Shown here in pieces: positions 1 to 13,038 of a stretch of DNA of 64,000 nt. A program made the position numbers and the translations under genes. Below the pieces are notes generated by a model. That model had not been told where the DNA came from and ran no database searches. It was given only the letters and a program-made list of their open reading frames with translations. Within the stretch, counting starts at the first letter, position 1. Each line of letters begins with the position of its first letter. Location of the stretch: assembly GCA_016748015.1 (NCBI GenBank), contig JAAOMT010000591.1, positions 4,933 through 68,932 on the forward strand, read 5' to 3'. This stretch comes from Geosiphon pyriformis uo1 (lineage: Eukaryota > Fungi > Glomeromycota).

Positions 1-1189
1 TCATTCATTTGTGCACCATATTACGAAATTTTAATTTTGAAACAATATATCATACTAAAGTTTACCATATTATACACTGGACAGATAAATTACCAGACAT
101 TGCATTTTTGTCACAAATAATATCAAAAAGATTTTTGTTGATTACAATGAACAATTAAAAATTTTGTCAAGGATATCTATAAAAAGTTGGCTTAAACCAC
201 ATGTTTAGATGTATTGAGAAGGGAAAATCATAAGAAGTACAAGAATAAATTACATGTGTGTATTATGTTTTGAAACTTTTTTAGGATCCGAACCTGCATT
301 AAATTTAGTATTACTAAAAGTTTTCTAATTTATTAATTTATTACAACATGAAATATTAGAAATTTATTAAAATTATATAAGCAGAATTATTATGGTTTAC
401 TTTCAATTCATTTACCTTCCATTGCAGGTTTCAAAAGGACTTTGTTTGATACTCTTACAATTGGCAGCAAAACAGTACTACAAACTTTATTAATTCTTTT
501 ATAATTTTTTATTATAATTAATATTTAATAACTAATTGGTTCTCCTAGTTTTTATTACAAAACCTTAATTTTTTAAATCATTCGAACTTTAATAATTCTC
601 AAGTATAAATCAGTTGATCTCATAATTTCGACTGTTAAGCATATATGTTGTATATACTTTTTAAATGCGGGGTATATCGTTTGACAGATGAAATAAATAA
701 CAAACACAATCAAAACTTAAATTTAAAATATCAATAAATGGAATTAGTTTTAAGGTTATTATGTTAATGCCAAGGAAATCTGAAAATAGAAAAATAGTTT
801 GTAAATAATACATCTAAATAACGCCATTAATATAATGTTATAATTCAATTAACAAAGCTTAAAATTTGATATCAATATTGATTATTCAATAATTATGTCT
901 TGAAAACAAATTATAGAAACAATTTTTTAAAACCTTCAAGTTAGTTTTACTGTAATAAAGTACAAAAAAAAACAAAGGAACCATCATTAATTATATAAGT
1001 AATAACTTTAAAAGTTGTAAAAACTTATCATTTTACTTTGTGAAAATGATTACATATCTTTTTCTAGTAATAAAGTTTGTTGCAAAAAACTTTTGTATTT
1101 GAATAAATCAATTATTGATTAATACTTTATATGATATTTATTATGATATAGATTTATTTATATAATATTGTTTTCCATTATTCTCAATA

Positions 1190-1830
1190 ATTAATTTACA
1201 TCCTCGTTCTGACTTAATTAAATTCTTTAACATATTTTCTGAAACATCATCTCTTATTTCTATAATAAATTGGTTTAAATCTTTATAATTTTTTGGCTTT
1301 CTTTTTTCTACATTTCACTTTTACCCAAAATTTTGCAATGCAATTAAAATTAGATTATGATGACCAATTTAAAATTTTGAAAATTATCTTATGTTTCGTA
1401 TTATTATCTTATTGAAACCTTTTCATCGAATTACAAATTGATTATTAAAAATCCTGATATACATTGCTTTGTTTATTTTTGTGAACCAATACACATACAG
1501 TTTGATTTCTTTTGGAAAAGCCTCTTTATATGAAGATTTTGTGCTATATTTTATAATTGTACAAATCACAATTTCAAAATGTTTTTAGAGAACTAAAAAA
1601 TTGGTTAATTGGTAAATACGGTATTATCTCAATTATTATTTAGGAATAACTTATCAGTTTTTTTATAATCTTTTGTTAAGTATTAAGGTGAATTTTGGTT
1701 GGTTTCTTACATTTAGCAGCCATCAAGTGGTTCAATATATATGAGATTACTACCTTTATTTGAGTTTGGTTGACTGTTTTTTCTTATCCAAAGTGGTTTT
1801 GTAAGATTGTCATATATTAAGCAAATTAAA
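1190..1830 (-). mobile_element. Highly decayed Tc1/mariner transposase remnant
   Basis: Minus-strand fragments RFQ*DNNTKH, ILNWSS*S.F and PKNYKDLNQFIIEIRDDVSENMLKNLIKS resemble the Tc1 motifs FQQDNDPKH / WPSQSPDLNPIE and the C-terminal helix. Many stops and frameshifts; boundaries approximate. Confidence 0.55.
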
Positions 1831-4800
1831 TGTCTTTTTGAGTTATGAATGTTTTTTGTTTAATATATATTATTATTTCAAATGTCTAAGGTTGTATAAT
1901 ATTAACATGAAAACTGTTTTTGTAATTCAATTGTAAAAAAATTATTGTTGATTTAATTTTAGATTTTGGTAATTGAAATATGAAGTTATTTTAATTATGG
2001 TATTATGATTTGACATTTTTAATACTTTTTTATTTTTAGAACTTTGCTTAATATTCCTAAAACTAATTTTTTTGATTAATTATTTTACTATAATTTTTTA
2101 CATTCAATTCTTATTTATTGTTATCTATCAGCTTGTTACTTTAATCTAATTTTTGCAAGATTAAAAATATTGTACAAAATAATTTTAACAAATTTAAGAA
2201 AAATTTTAATTTCTTGGCATAAAAACTCAAAAATCCATGCAAATAAAATTTTATTAATTAATAAAATTAGAAAAATGTAAAAAATATTGAGAAAAAACCT
2301 AAATTTTAAATTATTGCCAGGATTTTAAAAAAAATATGATCTTTTTCACATATTCGTAAAAAGAAGTTTGACTTGAACTTGAAAGATTTTTTATAAAGTA
2401 TTATATATTAATACAAATACCAAAAAACCTTTGATAAACACGGGCTTATTTCAAAATATTTTTGTTTTCATAATTGCAAACTATTTTGTTTCTAGGTCCA
2501 TCTCCAAATCTAGCTTGGATTTAAATCGTCTAGAATTCAAATAAATTTTGATTGCAACGTTAACTAATTATCTTTTTTCAAAAATAAAAATTCACGGATT
2601 TAGGTATTATAAAACAGCCAGAAAGAAATATTAGTAGGAAATTGAAAGATAGGACTGATGCAATCTTCAACATCTGATTCAAACCATAGACCAAAAAATC
2701 GGAACATTTTTCACGTTCTAGAATTTGATTGCATATCTCATGCTACACTGTAATCGGGATGATCCACAAGTCACATAATGGCTATTTAACTATATTAACC
2801 AGATTCTTTTAAAAAATTTTAATTTTCATCTTGGAATAATTTAATAAATTTCTTTGATTTCAAATCAGAGTGAAGTCAGAATATTTACTTTGAAATTATA
2901 AACCATGAAAGCTCCTCGTAGTTATTCTCTGTCAGTTTTTTCATTTAGTGCTAATTCCGGTCCTCAAAATTTTTTAAGAAAATTCATATAATCCTTACCT
3001 CAATTGAGTTCTCTTTAGACCTTATAATAAAATTAAGGAAGTAGACTTTTACATAATGAATTTATCCGTTATTATCATAAATTCCCACAATATACAATAT
3101 ATATTATCACAAGGATTTTTCTATTCATCCATGTCATGTTATTGAGCTTAATCAAAATATTAAAATTCTATTCTCTTTCTTGGATTTGTCATTTTTATCC
3201 TGAACAAATTGATATCCTGGTTTGTGTTACCTCATTCTTTGATGTTGCAATTTTCACTTTTCCTTATGATTTTATTTACCTTTTTTCAACTGATTTAAAA
3301 GGTTATTTAATTCAATGTTTTCTTTCTTAAATTTGATAATCCCGTTTAGAATATAATTTACTGTCAGAACATAAGGTAAAAGAGGATATTTTGGCAACTT
3401 ACATTATTGTGGCGAAGTCAATGATTTGTTCAGGATTTTGATAAGAGTATAAAAGATTTCATAATTTCACGCGTTTTACTCTCGCACGCGAATTTATTTT
3501 GCTAACTTTGCCACAACACTCTATTCGCCAAAATACTCACTTTTACATTATGAATACCAACTTTCTTGTTAAGTATTATCTTAACTTTTACTTCTCTATT
3601 GCCAGTTATGCAGGCAGCTGTAGGAGAATAAAGAGGGCCAAAATTATATTTTTGAAATGCTGTATCACATTTAAAATTTCTTTTTCTGTTAAAAAAATGC
3701 TAAAGTATGCTTCAAGAAGTGGGTACAAAAACTTGGCTTTGACTTGGCATTTCCCTAAATAACTCAATCATGATATTTCTTGTGCATTATCTAATTTCAG
3801 TATATTTATACTTTATTCAAAAAAATTTTAAAAGCTCCTTCTTATGGTAAATTCTTCTGAGAAGAAAATTGAATATGACATCACGCGAATCTACCGCATG
3901 CTTACCAAGCTCTCGTCATTTCTTTGTTGATATTTTTAAATTTCTAGATGTCTTTGTCTTTATTTATTTTATAATTGTTATGAATATGTTTGAATTTTAT
4001 TACAAATATTTTCAAAAAATTTGAATATATTTCAAAATCTAAATTTAAATTGTGCCATTACATAGAAACAAATTATAGAGTCATTTGTATTTTTTTAATT
4101 GCAGCATAATATCCCAAATTTTTTTCTACATTCCAATTGATCGACTTTACTGAAAAAAAAACATTTGTGGAAGAACAAAAAGATTCGAATCTCATAGTAT
4201 TGTCAGCCTTTTGCAACTTTGCTAAAAGATAAAAATTTTACGTTTCTATAATGATAGAGCCATGTAGCCAAATTTTTTCGCATAAAATTTGCTTTCAATT
4301 CAATTTAATTGACTGCAGGCCAAGAAAAATGAGAAAATATTTTAGTTAGTAGTTTTAGTATATCAAAAATGAATTTTATAAAAAATAATTTTTGATCTGT
4401 ACAACAATATTTTACTAATGAGTAATAATATACATTAGAAAACAAATTGAATTTAAGATTTTCATATAATTCAATTAAAAAAAATAATATGCTTGAATCA
4501 TGGTTTTAGCTTAAACCAATTGGATAATGTTCTAAAAAAAAATTTAATATTCCTCAAGTTAATTTAATTTGTTTCAAAAAATTAATTCTAAAAATAAAAA
4601 ATATTTTTCAAATGGTAAATTATTTTACAAGCATAATTAATTATGCTCTCTTTTTCTGTTACATTACTTATCTTTGCATCACTTATATTTGTATTCAAGT
4701 TCTTATGGTTTATTAAAAATACTTTCAAAATTTTGGTATATATTATTATAGCTTTCTTTTCTAATGTATTATTCTTTTTTTAGCATTTATTAAAAAAATC

Positions 4801-5267
4801 TCGAGAATCATAAGTTATTAATGTAGCTAGATGCTTTCAAAAATATCTTTCCATGATTTCATACTCTTTTTCGTCTTAAAATATCATTTTAAATCAGAAA
4901 ACAACTGATGTCAAATAATATTATGCATCTATCAACTTTTCATTTTTTTCCCTTTTCTATTTCTTACATATTTTTACTCAGCCATTTTTTTTTCCTTCTA
5001 AATGCTGACCGTTTTGAAATATTTTTAAACTTCTAATCAAATATTTAAGCGCCTAAAACAATGAAATTTGGAAAATTCAAAATATACATACATATAAATT
5101 AGGGATTATGTCAGCAAGGAAAACTTTTTAATCAAGTATCGGTTTTTAAATTTTCAAATTCACTACCAAATCTGTACCAATCATATATCAAATTTCATAT
5201 GGTCTAGAAATTAAAATACGTAATTTGATTCTTTATAAACAAAAATTAGAAATTCCTAAATATAAAA

Positions 5268-5298
5268 GAATGAATGAATGAATGAATGAGTGAATAAA
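5268..5298. repeat. (GAAT)n microsatellite
   Basis: gaatgaatgaatgaatgaatgagtgaataaatga. Confidence 0.8.
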
Positions 5299-6020
5299 TG
5301 ACGGGTTTTCTTTTTCTACCATTTTCATTGTGATCACGAAAAAAATTAATTACATTTGATCCCTTAATTCAGGAGTCGTTAACTAAGAATATAACTAAAA
5401 TCCTTGTTCCTGCCGATTTCATTTTTCGAATCTAAAAGATTATAGCATTTAATTAGAAGAAGTAAATGAAATTGATTTATATTTTTTCAAAGTTAAATTC
5501 TATGACTTCAGAAGTCTCATGAATTCTTCAAGTAATCTACGGTCTTTTATTATACAGTGCATAATATATACTTTCTTGTTTGTTAAATTCAAGAATTTTA
5601 AAAACACAGTGATCTTTGTTTATGCCCCAAACTTTAATTTTATTTTTGAATATGCAATACCATCTTATGACCGAAGCAGGCGTTACACAATCATTGCTAA
5701 TGAGCCAAGATAATTAAATTAGGATGGTCATCATTTCTTATGAAGAGCACATGAAGAAGCAAGCCGGAAATATATTTCCAGAGATTAATTTATTAAAAAA
5801 AAAATTGTAATTAAATTGGTTCTTTTTCAGAGAAAAGTAAATTTGTAATGATATGAAATTTCTTTGCCATGAATTCCTGCGGTTTAAGAAGCTCAAATCT
5901 CATTCAAAAAAATCTATAAAATCTTTCGTAGAATGGTCAACAATTTCCGCCCTGGTGTCATTTGTAAAAGATTTTGAACCATCCATTGATTTTGAATAAA
6001 GAATTACAAGACAATATATA

Positions 6021-6809
6021 ATGCCAAAAGATTTTTCTCAATTTAGGCCAGACTCGCCTCCAACAATCTCTCACGAAGAATTGTTGATGAACGCTAAGAA
6101 GCGAGTACGAAAAAATAAAAATCCTACAATGACACCAAATGCCTTTTTAGCATATCGTACGGCAATGTGTAAACGAATTAACGAAAAAAAAATAAAATTG
6201 AGTTTGACTCAAAAATCTCAAATAGCCCAATCTTTATGGCGACGAGAAGATGACCTTGTAAAAAAACAATATAAATCTCTTGCACGTCAAATCAAAGAAG
6301 AGTTTATTGAGTGGTATCGAGATCATATGAGGCCACCACTTCAGGATTTTGCCCAAAGTTTTCCTGCTCCAATTCACAATATTCCAACGGCTTCTTTGGC
6401 AAACCACGAAACCACTTTGAATAGGGAATTTGAGAATTTTGATAACTCGATTTATCCTGAGGGCCAAGAAATTTCGAGTATTCTCTTCGACACTTATGTT
6501 CAAGAGCCCTTTACATGCTGCCCAGTTTTTTCGAATGAAGCAGCATCGATTGTATTATATAACGTTCCTGAATTTGAAAATTCAGATTTAACCCAAAATT
6601 CCTCACAAATAAACACTTCATATCAAACCTTATGCTGGACACCCATATTGGTTCCGGAATCTTTTCGTGATGTGATTCCAGAAAATGTAGATGATTTACA
6701 AGTCTTAAATACCACGCCTCAGTCTTCAAATATCGTTATCAGCAACGTCCATATCGAAGATTCTTCGGAATGTAACGCCATAACTACATTTAATCAAATT
6801 CTCTTCTGA
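6021..6809 (+). CDS. MATA-type HMG-box transcription factor, 262 aa, intronless
   Basis: N-terminal HMG box PTMTPNAFLAYR...SQIAQSLWRREDDLVKKQYKSLA followed by an acidic, low-complexity tail. This is the typical layout of the expanded Glomeromycotina MATA-HMG family. Confidence 0.88.
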   Translation: MPKDFSQFRPDSPPTISHEELLMNAKKRVRKNKNPTMTPNAFLAYRTAMCKRINEKKIKLSLTQKSQIAQSLWRREDDLVKKQYKSLARQIKEEFIEWYRDHMRPPLQDFAQSFPAPIHNIPTASLANHETTLNREFENFDNSIYPEGQEISSILFDTYVQEPFTCCPVFSNEAASIVLYNVPEFENSDLTQNSSQINTSYQTLCWTPILVPESFRDVIPENVDDLQVLNTTPQSSNIVISNVHIEDSSECNAITTFNQILF

Positions 6810-8419
6810 ATTCGGACTAATTTTACAAAACACTAATACACATCTTTAATTTTTTTCAACCCCATTATCGGTAACGTGACCGAGAAGCAATCGAAAAAGT
6901 ATATACTTATCTAAAAACGCTCGATTTTAGGCAAATTTGATAGTTGGATAATAGGTTTCGAATAAAATATTTGCCTCTAGAAAAATAACATTTGTAAAAT
7001 ATTTGAAAGGTTTTAGATCTGATTCAAGTTCTGTTTAGAAACATTATCATAATTTAAGGATTTTTAGGAATTTTAAGAAATAAATAAAAACTGTTACTTT
7101 TAAGTCAATCATAATTCTTGAGTTTAATTAATTTTACTTCTTCTGCCATACGGTTTAATTTAGAGTCAAAAAGTAATTTCGTTTAAGAATACAAAAAAAA
7201 TCTAAACTTTATTGAGTGAAATATAGAAAAAAATATTCTCTTAATTGGATCAAGTTAGTGTAAATAATACCATTAAAGATGTTCATAGCCTGCTTCAACT
7301 TATATGTAATCTCAGGTTAGAAAATTAGAAAAAACTTGATTTATATTTAGTCTTGTAAAAATTTTAGATTTATTATTGGATTTAAGTTGTTCCATTGGTA
7401 GGAATGAATACAATTTACAGTTATATATGAATTGACTAAAAATTTATAAATAACTAAAAAACTAAAAATAAATGCAAACTTACGTATCTATGAATTTGTA
7501 CTCCAATCCAATCTTTTTAATATTTAATGTTTGATGCTTTCTGTATTTACTTTACTATTTATATTTATATAATTATTATAAAAAACTAATGATTAAATCA
7601 ATCATCAAGTAAATGACTAGAGTAGTAGATTTTTATCATTTACTAAACAAAGAAGTAATTAAAAAAATTCAAGGTTTTAAAAACTTATTTTTTTAAGTAT
7701 AATATTTTTTTATGATTAAATTTTTTTTTGTTTTCATTATAATCATTTTATTTTATATATTAAAATATTATTCATTTTTAATTATAAATCAAGTTATTCC
7801 CATTATTAGGATCTATTGTAATTCATACGTTATTTTCAATAAATATTTTTTTTATTTGATTAAAAATTTAAATAATTAAATTGAACAAATAATTTTTTCT
7901 AACAACAATAAAAATTTTAAAAATAAAACAAACATATGTTTTTAATTGTTTAAAAATATATATATTCATTTGAAATAAATATTCAAATAAAACATTATCG
8001 TACAAATTTTTTCAAAAAATAGATAAAATTAACAAATAAAAAATAAATAGTAAAAATTTTGTTATCAATCAATTTATTACTTTTATTTTACGCAACAAAA
8101 TTTTGTTAACTTTTAAAAATATGTTTATATAAAATAGTGATAAAATTAATTCGAATTAACATGAATGATTAGTCACATATAATAAGCATATAAATTATAT
8201 TTACTCAAAGTTTTTAAAATTTTACATTATATAAATAGGAAATAGATAATATTTTTAAAGCATTAAAAAAATATTATATAATCAAATTTTAATTAAAATT
8301 ATATTTGATATTAAAAATATTGTACAAAATTACGAAGATTTATGTGAATATCTTCCCAAATTAAGGTAGAATTTTGCTATTTTTTTTATCCAAAAAACAG
8401 ATAAAATCCCTGAATCACG

Positions 8420-8930
8420 TTTCAAAATACAATGGAAACTATTTTACAAATGTTGGAAAAAATTTCTAAAATTTCAAGCATCCCGAAGTGCCCAATACAA
8501 TAATATTTTAAAAAAACTTAAAGAAAATGGCAATTTAAATCACAAAAAATGGCCAGATGATTGAGAAAAATTATGACCAATATGGCCAAATTGATTGTTT
8601 AAAAAATATGGCAAGATTCAATAAATTTTTTACACTTTGGAGACAAGATTGAAACATCAATCTCATATACAACAATTTGAAACATTTGGTTTAAGAATAT
8701 CATAAAAAACAACCAAATTTTGCCCTGATGTTAATAGAATATTATAAGCAAAGAATCATAGATGAAGTGCACAAATACCTGAACTAAAATTGGAACAATA
8801 CTTTATATCCAATAAAATTTTGGTCCAGTTTTTTAAGAACACTGTATAACATGATTATAAAAAGAAACCACCAAATTGTCCAGTTCTAAAAATTAGACCG
8901 AATATTTTTTCATAAATTGGCTATTCTAAA
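8420..8930 (+). mobile_element. Decayed Tc1/mariner transposase remnant (N-terminal half)
   Basis: Fragments NILKKLKENGNLNHKK, LMLIEYYKQR..., HKYLN*NWNNTL and QFFKNTV resemble the Tc1 HTH and W..VLFSDE regions. Frameshifted. Confidence 0.5.
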
Positions 8931-11672
8931 AGAATTAAAACTTTTTAAAAGAATAATGGCTACGAAAATGTACAATAAAATTCTAAACAACTATTTCTTG
9001 AATTTAAGGATTTAGGAAAGTGCAATAATGGCTTTAACAGAATAATTTTTTTATGCATAAACACTTTTTTATAATAAAATATATTTAAAATAATATTTTT
9101 AACTTTTTTATATATTCCAAATTTAAATATCATTGAATATCTTCAAAAATGCAAAAAATTTATAATAAAAACATAAATTATTATTTTTTACAATATATCA
9201 AATCATTTAGTTAAAATTAAAACAGAAATTAATAATTAAAAAACTTTATGAAACATAAATCTATTAATTTGAGTTATTAAATAAAATATAAAATATATTA
9301 ATTATTATATCTATTGTAAAGTTAAAATAAATTATGTACTTTTATATTTTGTTTTACCTATACTATTATTTTAAGCCCCAAAAAAATTATTTGCATTAAA
9401 TATTAATTGCGATACTGTTAAAAAACATGGCTTAAGAAAAAATAATTAATAAATTAAAGATTTTTATTTTTTCAAAATTCAAAAAAATTATTCAGACTAT
9501 GTTTATATTTAAGTTAAACAAAATTGCTACTGCTAAATGAATTAAAAAAATTTCAATGAAAAAACCATATAAAAGTATAAAAATAATTGCTTTTAAATTT
9601 AGAAAATTAAGTTATTTAAAATACAACTTATTAAGCTGTAACAAAAAGCAATAATCAAATTTATTAAATTAAATTAAACTAATTTGGTTGTTAAATAATA
9701 GATTTTTTAATTAAAAAAATGCCATATAAGTCTATTTTTTCAATTTTAATTTAATCATAATTAAGAATAATTTATATTTTTTATGTATTATTTTTCAATT
9801 TTTTTTATTTAACTAAATTGTTTGTTTTTTAAATAAATTATCTTTAAAAAAGAAACTTTTTTATGTAAACTGATAAAATTACTATCTAATTAATTTTTGT
9901 TATCAAATTTATCAATATAATTAATAATCTACTAATTTTATTTTATTTAGTTTTGTTTTAATATTATAAAAAATTTATAACAAATAAAGATGATTTATTT
10001 TTAGCAAATTTTTTGGCAATATTTCGACCAATTACCATCTGCAATCACCAAAAAAACCAGATAAACAACTGAAAAAAATTTGCATATATTATACAAACCA
10101 AAATTTCTTGTAAAAATATTTTTAATAACAGCAATTAAAATCTTTGTAATAACTAATATAATTAGTTTTGACAAATTAGGTAAAAATTTAATTATTTTTG
10201 GAAATATTTTTTTGTTGTTAAATATAATTTAACAGATGTTACCCAAAAATTTAAGTTTATTATTATGTTTAATTTCAATAGTTTAATTAATAATTAAGTT
10301 GGCTGTTACAAAAACTGTATTATTACTGAATTTTTAACTTAAAAAAGTATTTGTGTTTTAAAAAACTTTATTTTTTGGTATTAAATTAATTAGTTTAATA
10401 AATAAAACAAGTTTTGCATTAATAATTATTAATTTAAGAAATTTATTATTATTAAAAAAAAATAAGCTTAACAATTTTATTATTATTATATTGAATTTAT
10501 TTATTTATAATTTGTTATTTTGTTATTTTGCTATTTTAAAAAAATTGTATAATAATATTATTTTATTATTATAAGTTATTTTTATATTAAATAGTAAGTT
10601 TATATTATTTATAATTAAACAATATTTTGTGTTTTAAAGCTATTTTATTGTTAATAATAAATAATATAATTTTTGTTTTGAAAATCTTTATAATAAATTT
10701 AATGCAAATTTTATTAATTTAGACAGATATAATTTTTTCTTAAAAATTCAAAATTTTGCAGGCTTTTTAAAATAATATAATTTTTAAATTTTTTAAAAAT
10801 ATGTTAATTTTATTAATTTATTATCTTTTAAATAAAGTAATAATTAAAATTAAAGCTAATTTTTGCTTTATTAAAAATATGTTAATTTTATTAATTTATT
10901 ATTTTAAGAAATAAAAATTTGGTTTTTAATTTAATTAAACTTTTTTTTAATATATATATCACTTAATTATTTTAAAAAAAAATAAAAACAAAAAACAATA
11001 TTAAACTGAATTAACAAAACAAAAACAAGTTAATAATTTAATTTACTATATTTAATAAAAATATATTATTATAAAAAACTCTTTTTTTGTATTTTTATAA
11101 TTATAATCAAAACAAAAAATAAAAAAATTACAACTTCTTTATTTTTTAAAGCATTTTATTAATATAATAATTATAACTATTAAAATTGCTTAATAATATT
11201 TTATAAAAGTATTTTACTTAAATAAAATAATTGTAAATTAATCTTTTATTAGTTTTAAAATACTATTTTTAGTTTTAAATAAAAGTTTTTTTCTATTTAA
11301 AATTTTTTTAAGCAATTAATTAAGATTAATTTTGGTATAATTGTTAATACTATAAAAATATTAAGATTTTTAATAATAAGCTAATAATAAAGCTATTTTT
11401 TTTTTTTATTATTTTTTTAAATTTGCTAAATAATTAAAAAAACCAAAAAATTAAAGAAACAATTTTTTTATTTATTATAAAGCAATCAATTTATTTAAAA
11501 TAGCTTTATGGTTAAATTTTTTACTTTTCAACAACAAAGAAGTTTGTTTCTTAGAAAATTGTAAAAAATAAAAAATAAAAACAAAAAAAAAACTTCTTCA
11601 AAAATATATACTTTGGAGAATTTTAGACATAGAAGAAAAAGAAGTTTTTTAACTTGTATATTAATTAATAAA

Positions 11673-11703
<31 letters not shown>

Positions 11704-11959
11704 TTTATTTAAATAATTAAATAAATAATATTTTGTTATAATTTTTTACAAAAAAATTATTAAAAAAGTGTTATTTAATAATTTAATTATATATTACATA
11801 ATTTTATTAAAATTCAAAAGTATAAATAATAAGATAGATAAATTATTTAATAAAATAAATATCTTTAAAAAAAGATATATAAAATAAAAAAATTAATAAC
11901 TTTTTTAACAAAAACATAAATTTAAATTTATTTAATATTTTTAAATAAAAATAAAAAAA

Positions 11960-13038
11960 GTCATGCTGGCATTGCTGATAATATTATAACTGATGCTTTT
12001 GCTGAATAAGCTATATACTCTAGGATCTCTCTTCCTATTAGAATTAATTGTAGATATGTGGTTGCTAATGGCAGACCAGATTCTGGTAATGTCCATCATT
12101 TTGTACGTGATATTTTTTGTTCCATTTACAAGTTTCAATAGGAAGTAAGTCCTAGCCAAGAGGTTTTGTCTTGTTTGTTTGGTTTGGTTGTTGATTAGAA
12201 TAGTACCACTCTAGTTTGGCACCCTAACTCTCATATGCTCTCTGGGAGTACATGTTGAGCCACTGCTGCTCTTCATACATACTTCATAAAAGCTGTTCAT
12301 TTCAAGTTGCCTGTTGCTGTTCGAAAGAGGCTGTATAATAAGGATTACCCTGGTGTGTCATGTCTATTTTGTGATGATGTGGAACTTCCTGATCATGGCT
12401 TTACTTGTGTTAAGGATGCTTCTGTGCAGTCAGATATTTTGGGTGACTTTAATGGTATGTAGAAAACTTTAATGGGTCCTGATCTACTGTCGCCGTCTTT
12501 TGTGTTGTGAAATCTTTCTCTGGGGGTGTTTGATGTTGGTTTGTATTCGGTTTTTTGCAAGGAATTTGTTCTCAAGAGTTGGATAAATGAGGCTATTGCT
12601 TCTCTTAGTAACAAGAAGAAAGTGGCCTTTGTGGTAGTGGATTTTGTTCGTTGTTTAGCTGAAAGTCATAGGATGAACCTCTGGCTTTTTAGAACTAAGT
12701 TCAGGTCTGACATAGAGAGAAGTGGTTTGATTGGTGATGATGTTTTTGTGGCCAGTGCTTTTGGTGTGGGTGCTCTGTCTCTCTTAGTTGACACGGTCCG
12801 TCTTACTGGTGTGTTGGATTCTCTTGACGTCAGTTTTAGTTTTAGGGATAGGTTCTTGTTTTTGTCTGGTGCTGTTCATAGGATTAGTGTTTCTATAAGT
12901 GTGTAGTGTTGCCTTGATTGGCTCGAGTGGCCGGTCACATGTAGCAAATGCGTAAATCATGTTTAGTTGGCTACTTTTCTTTGTAACTTATTCTAGATTT
13001 TGGTTGGGCTGCACTCGTTAATAAATAAATAAAAATAA
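11960..13038 (+). mobile_element. 5'-truncated LINE (3' end of ORF2, 3'UTR and A-rich tail)
   Basis: Begins in an RNase H-like tail (SHAGIADNIITDAFA), includes the C-terminal zinc finger LPVAVRKRLYNKDYPGVSCLFCDDVELPDHGFTC, stops at TAG 12904-12906 and ends cactcgttaa plus an (AATAA)n tail. Putative 17-bp TSD aaataaaaataaaaaaa at 11943-11959 and 13039-13055 (low complexity). Confidence 0.85.

Noticed and set aside
6021-6809. HMG gene as a Mucorales-type sex (sexP/sexM) locus
   Set aside because: No flanking triose-phosphate transporter or RNA helicase in the window, and MATA-HMG genes are multicopy in this lineage.
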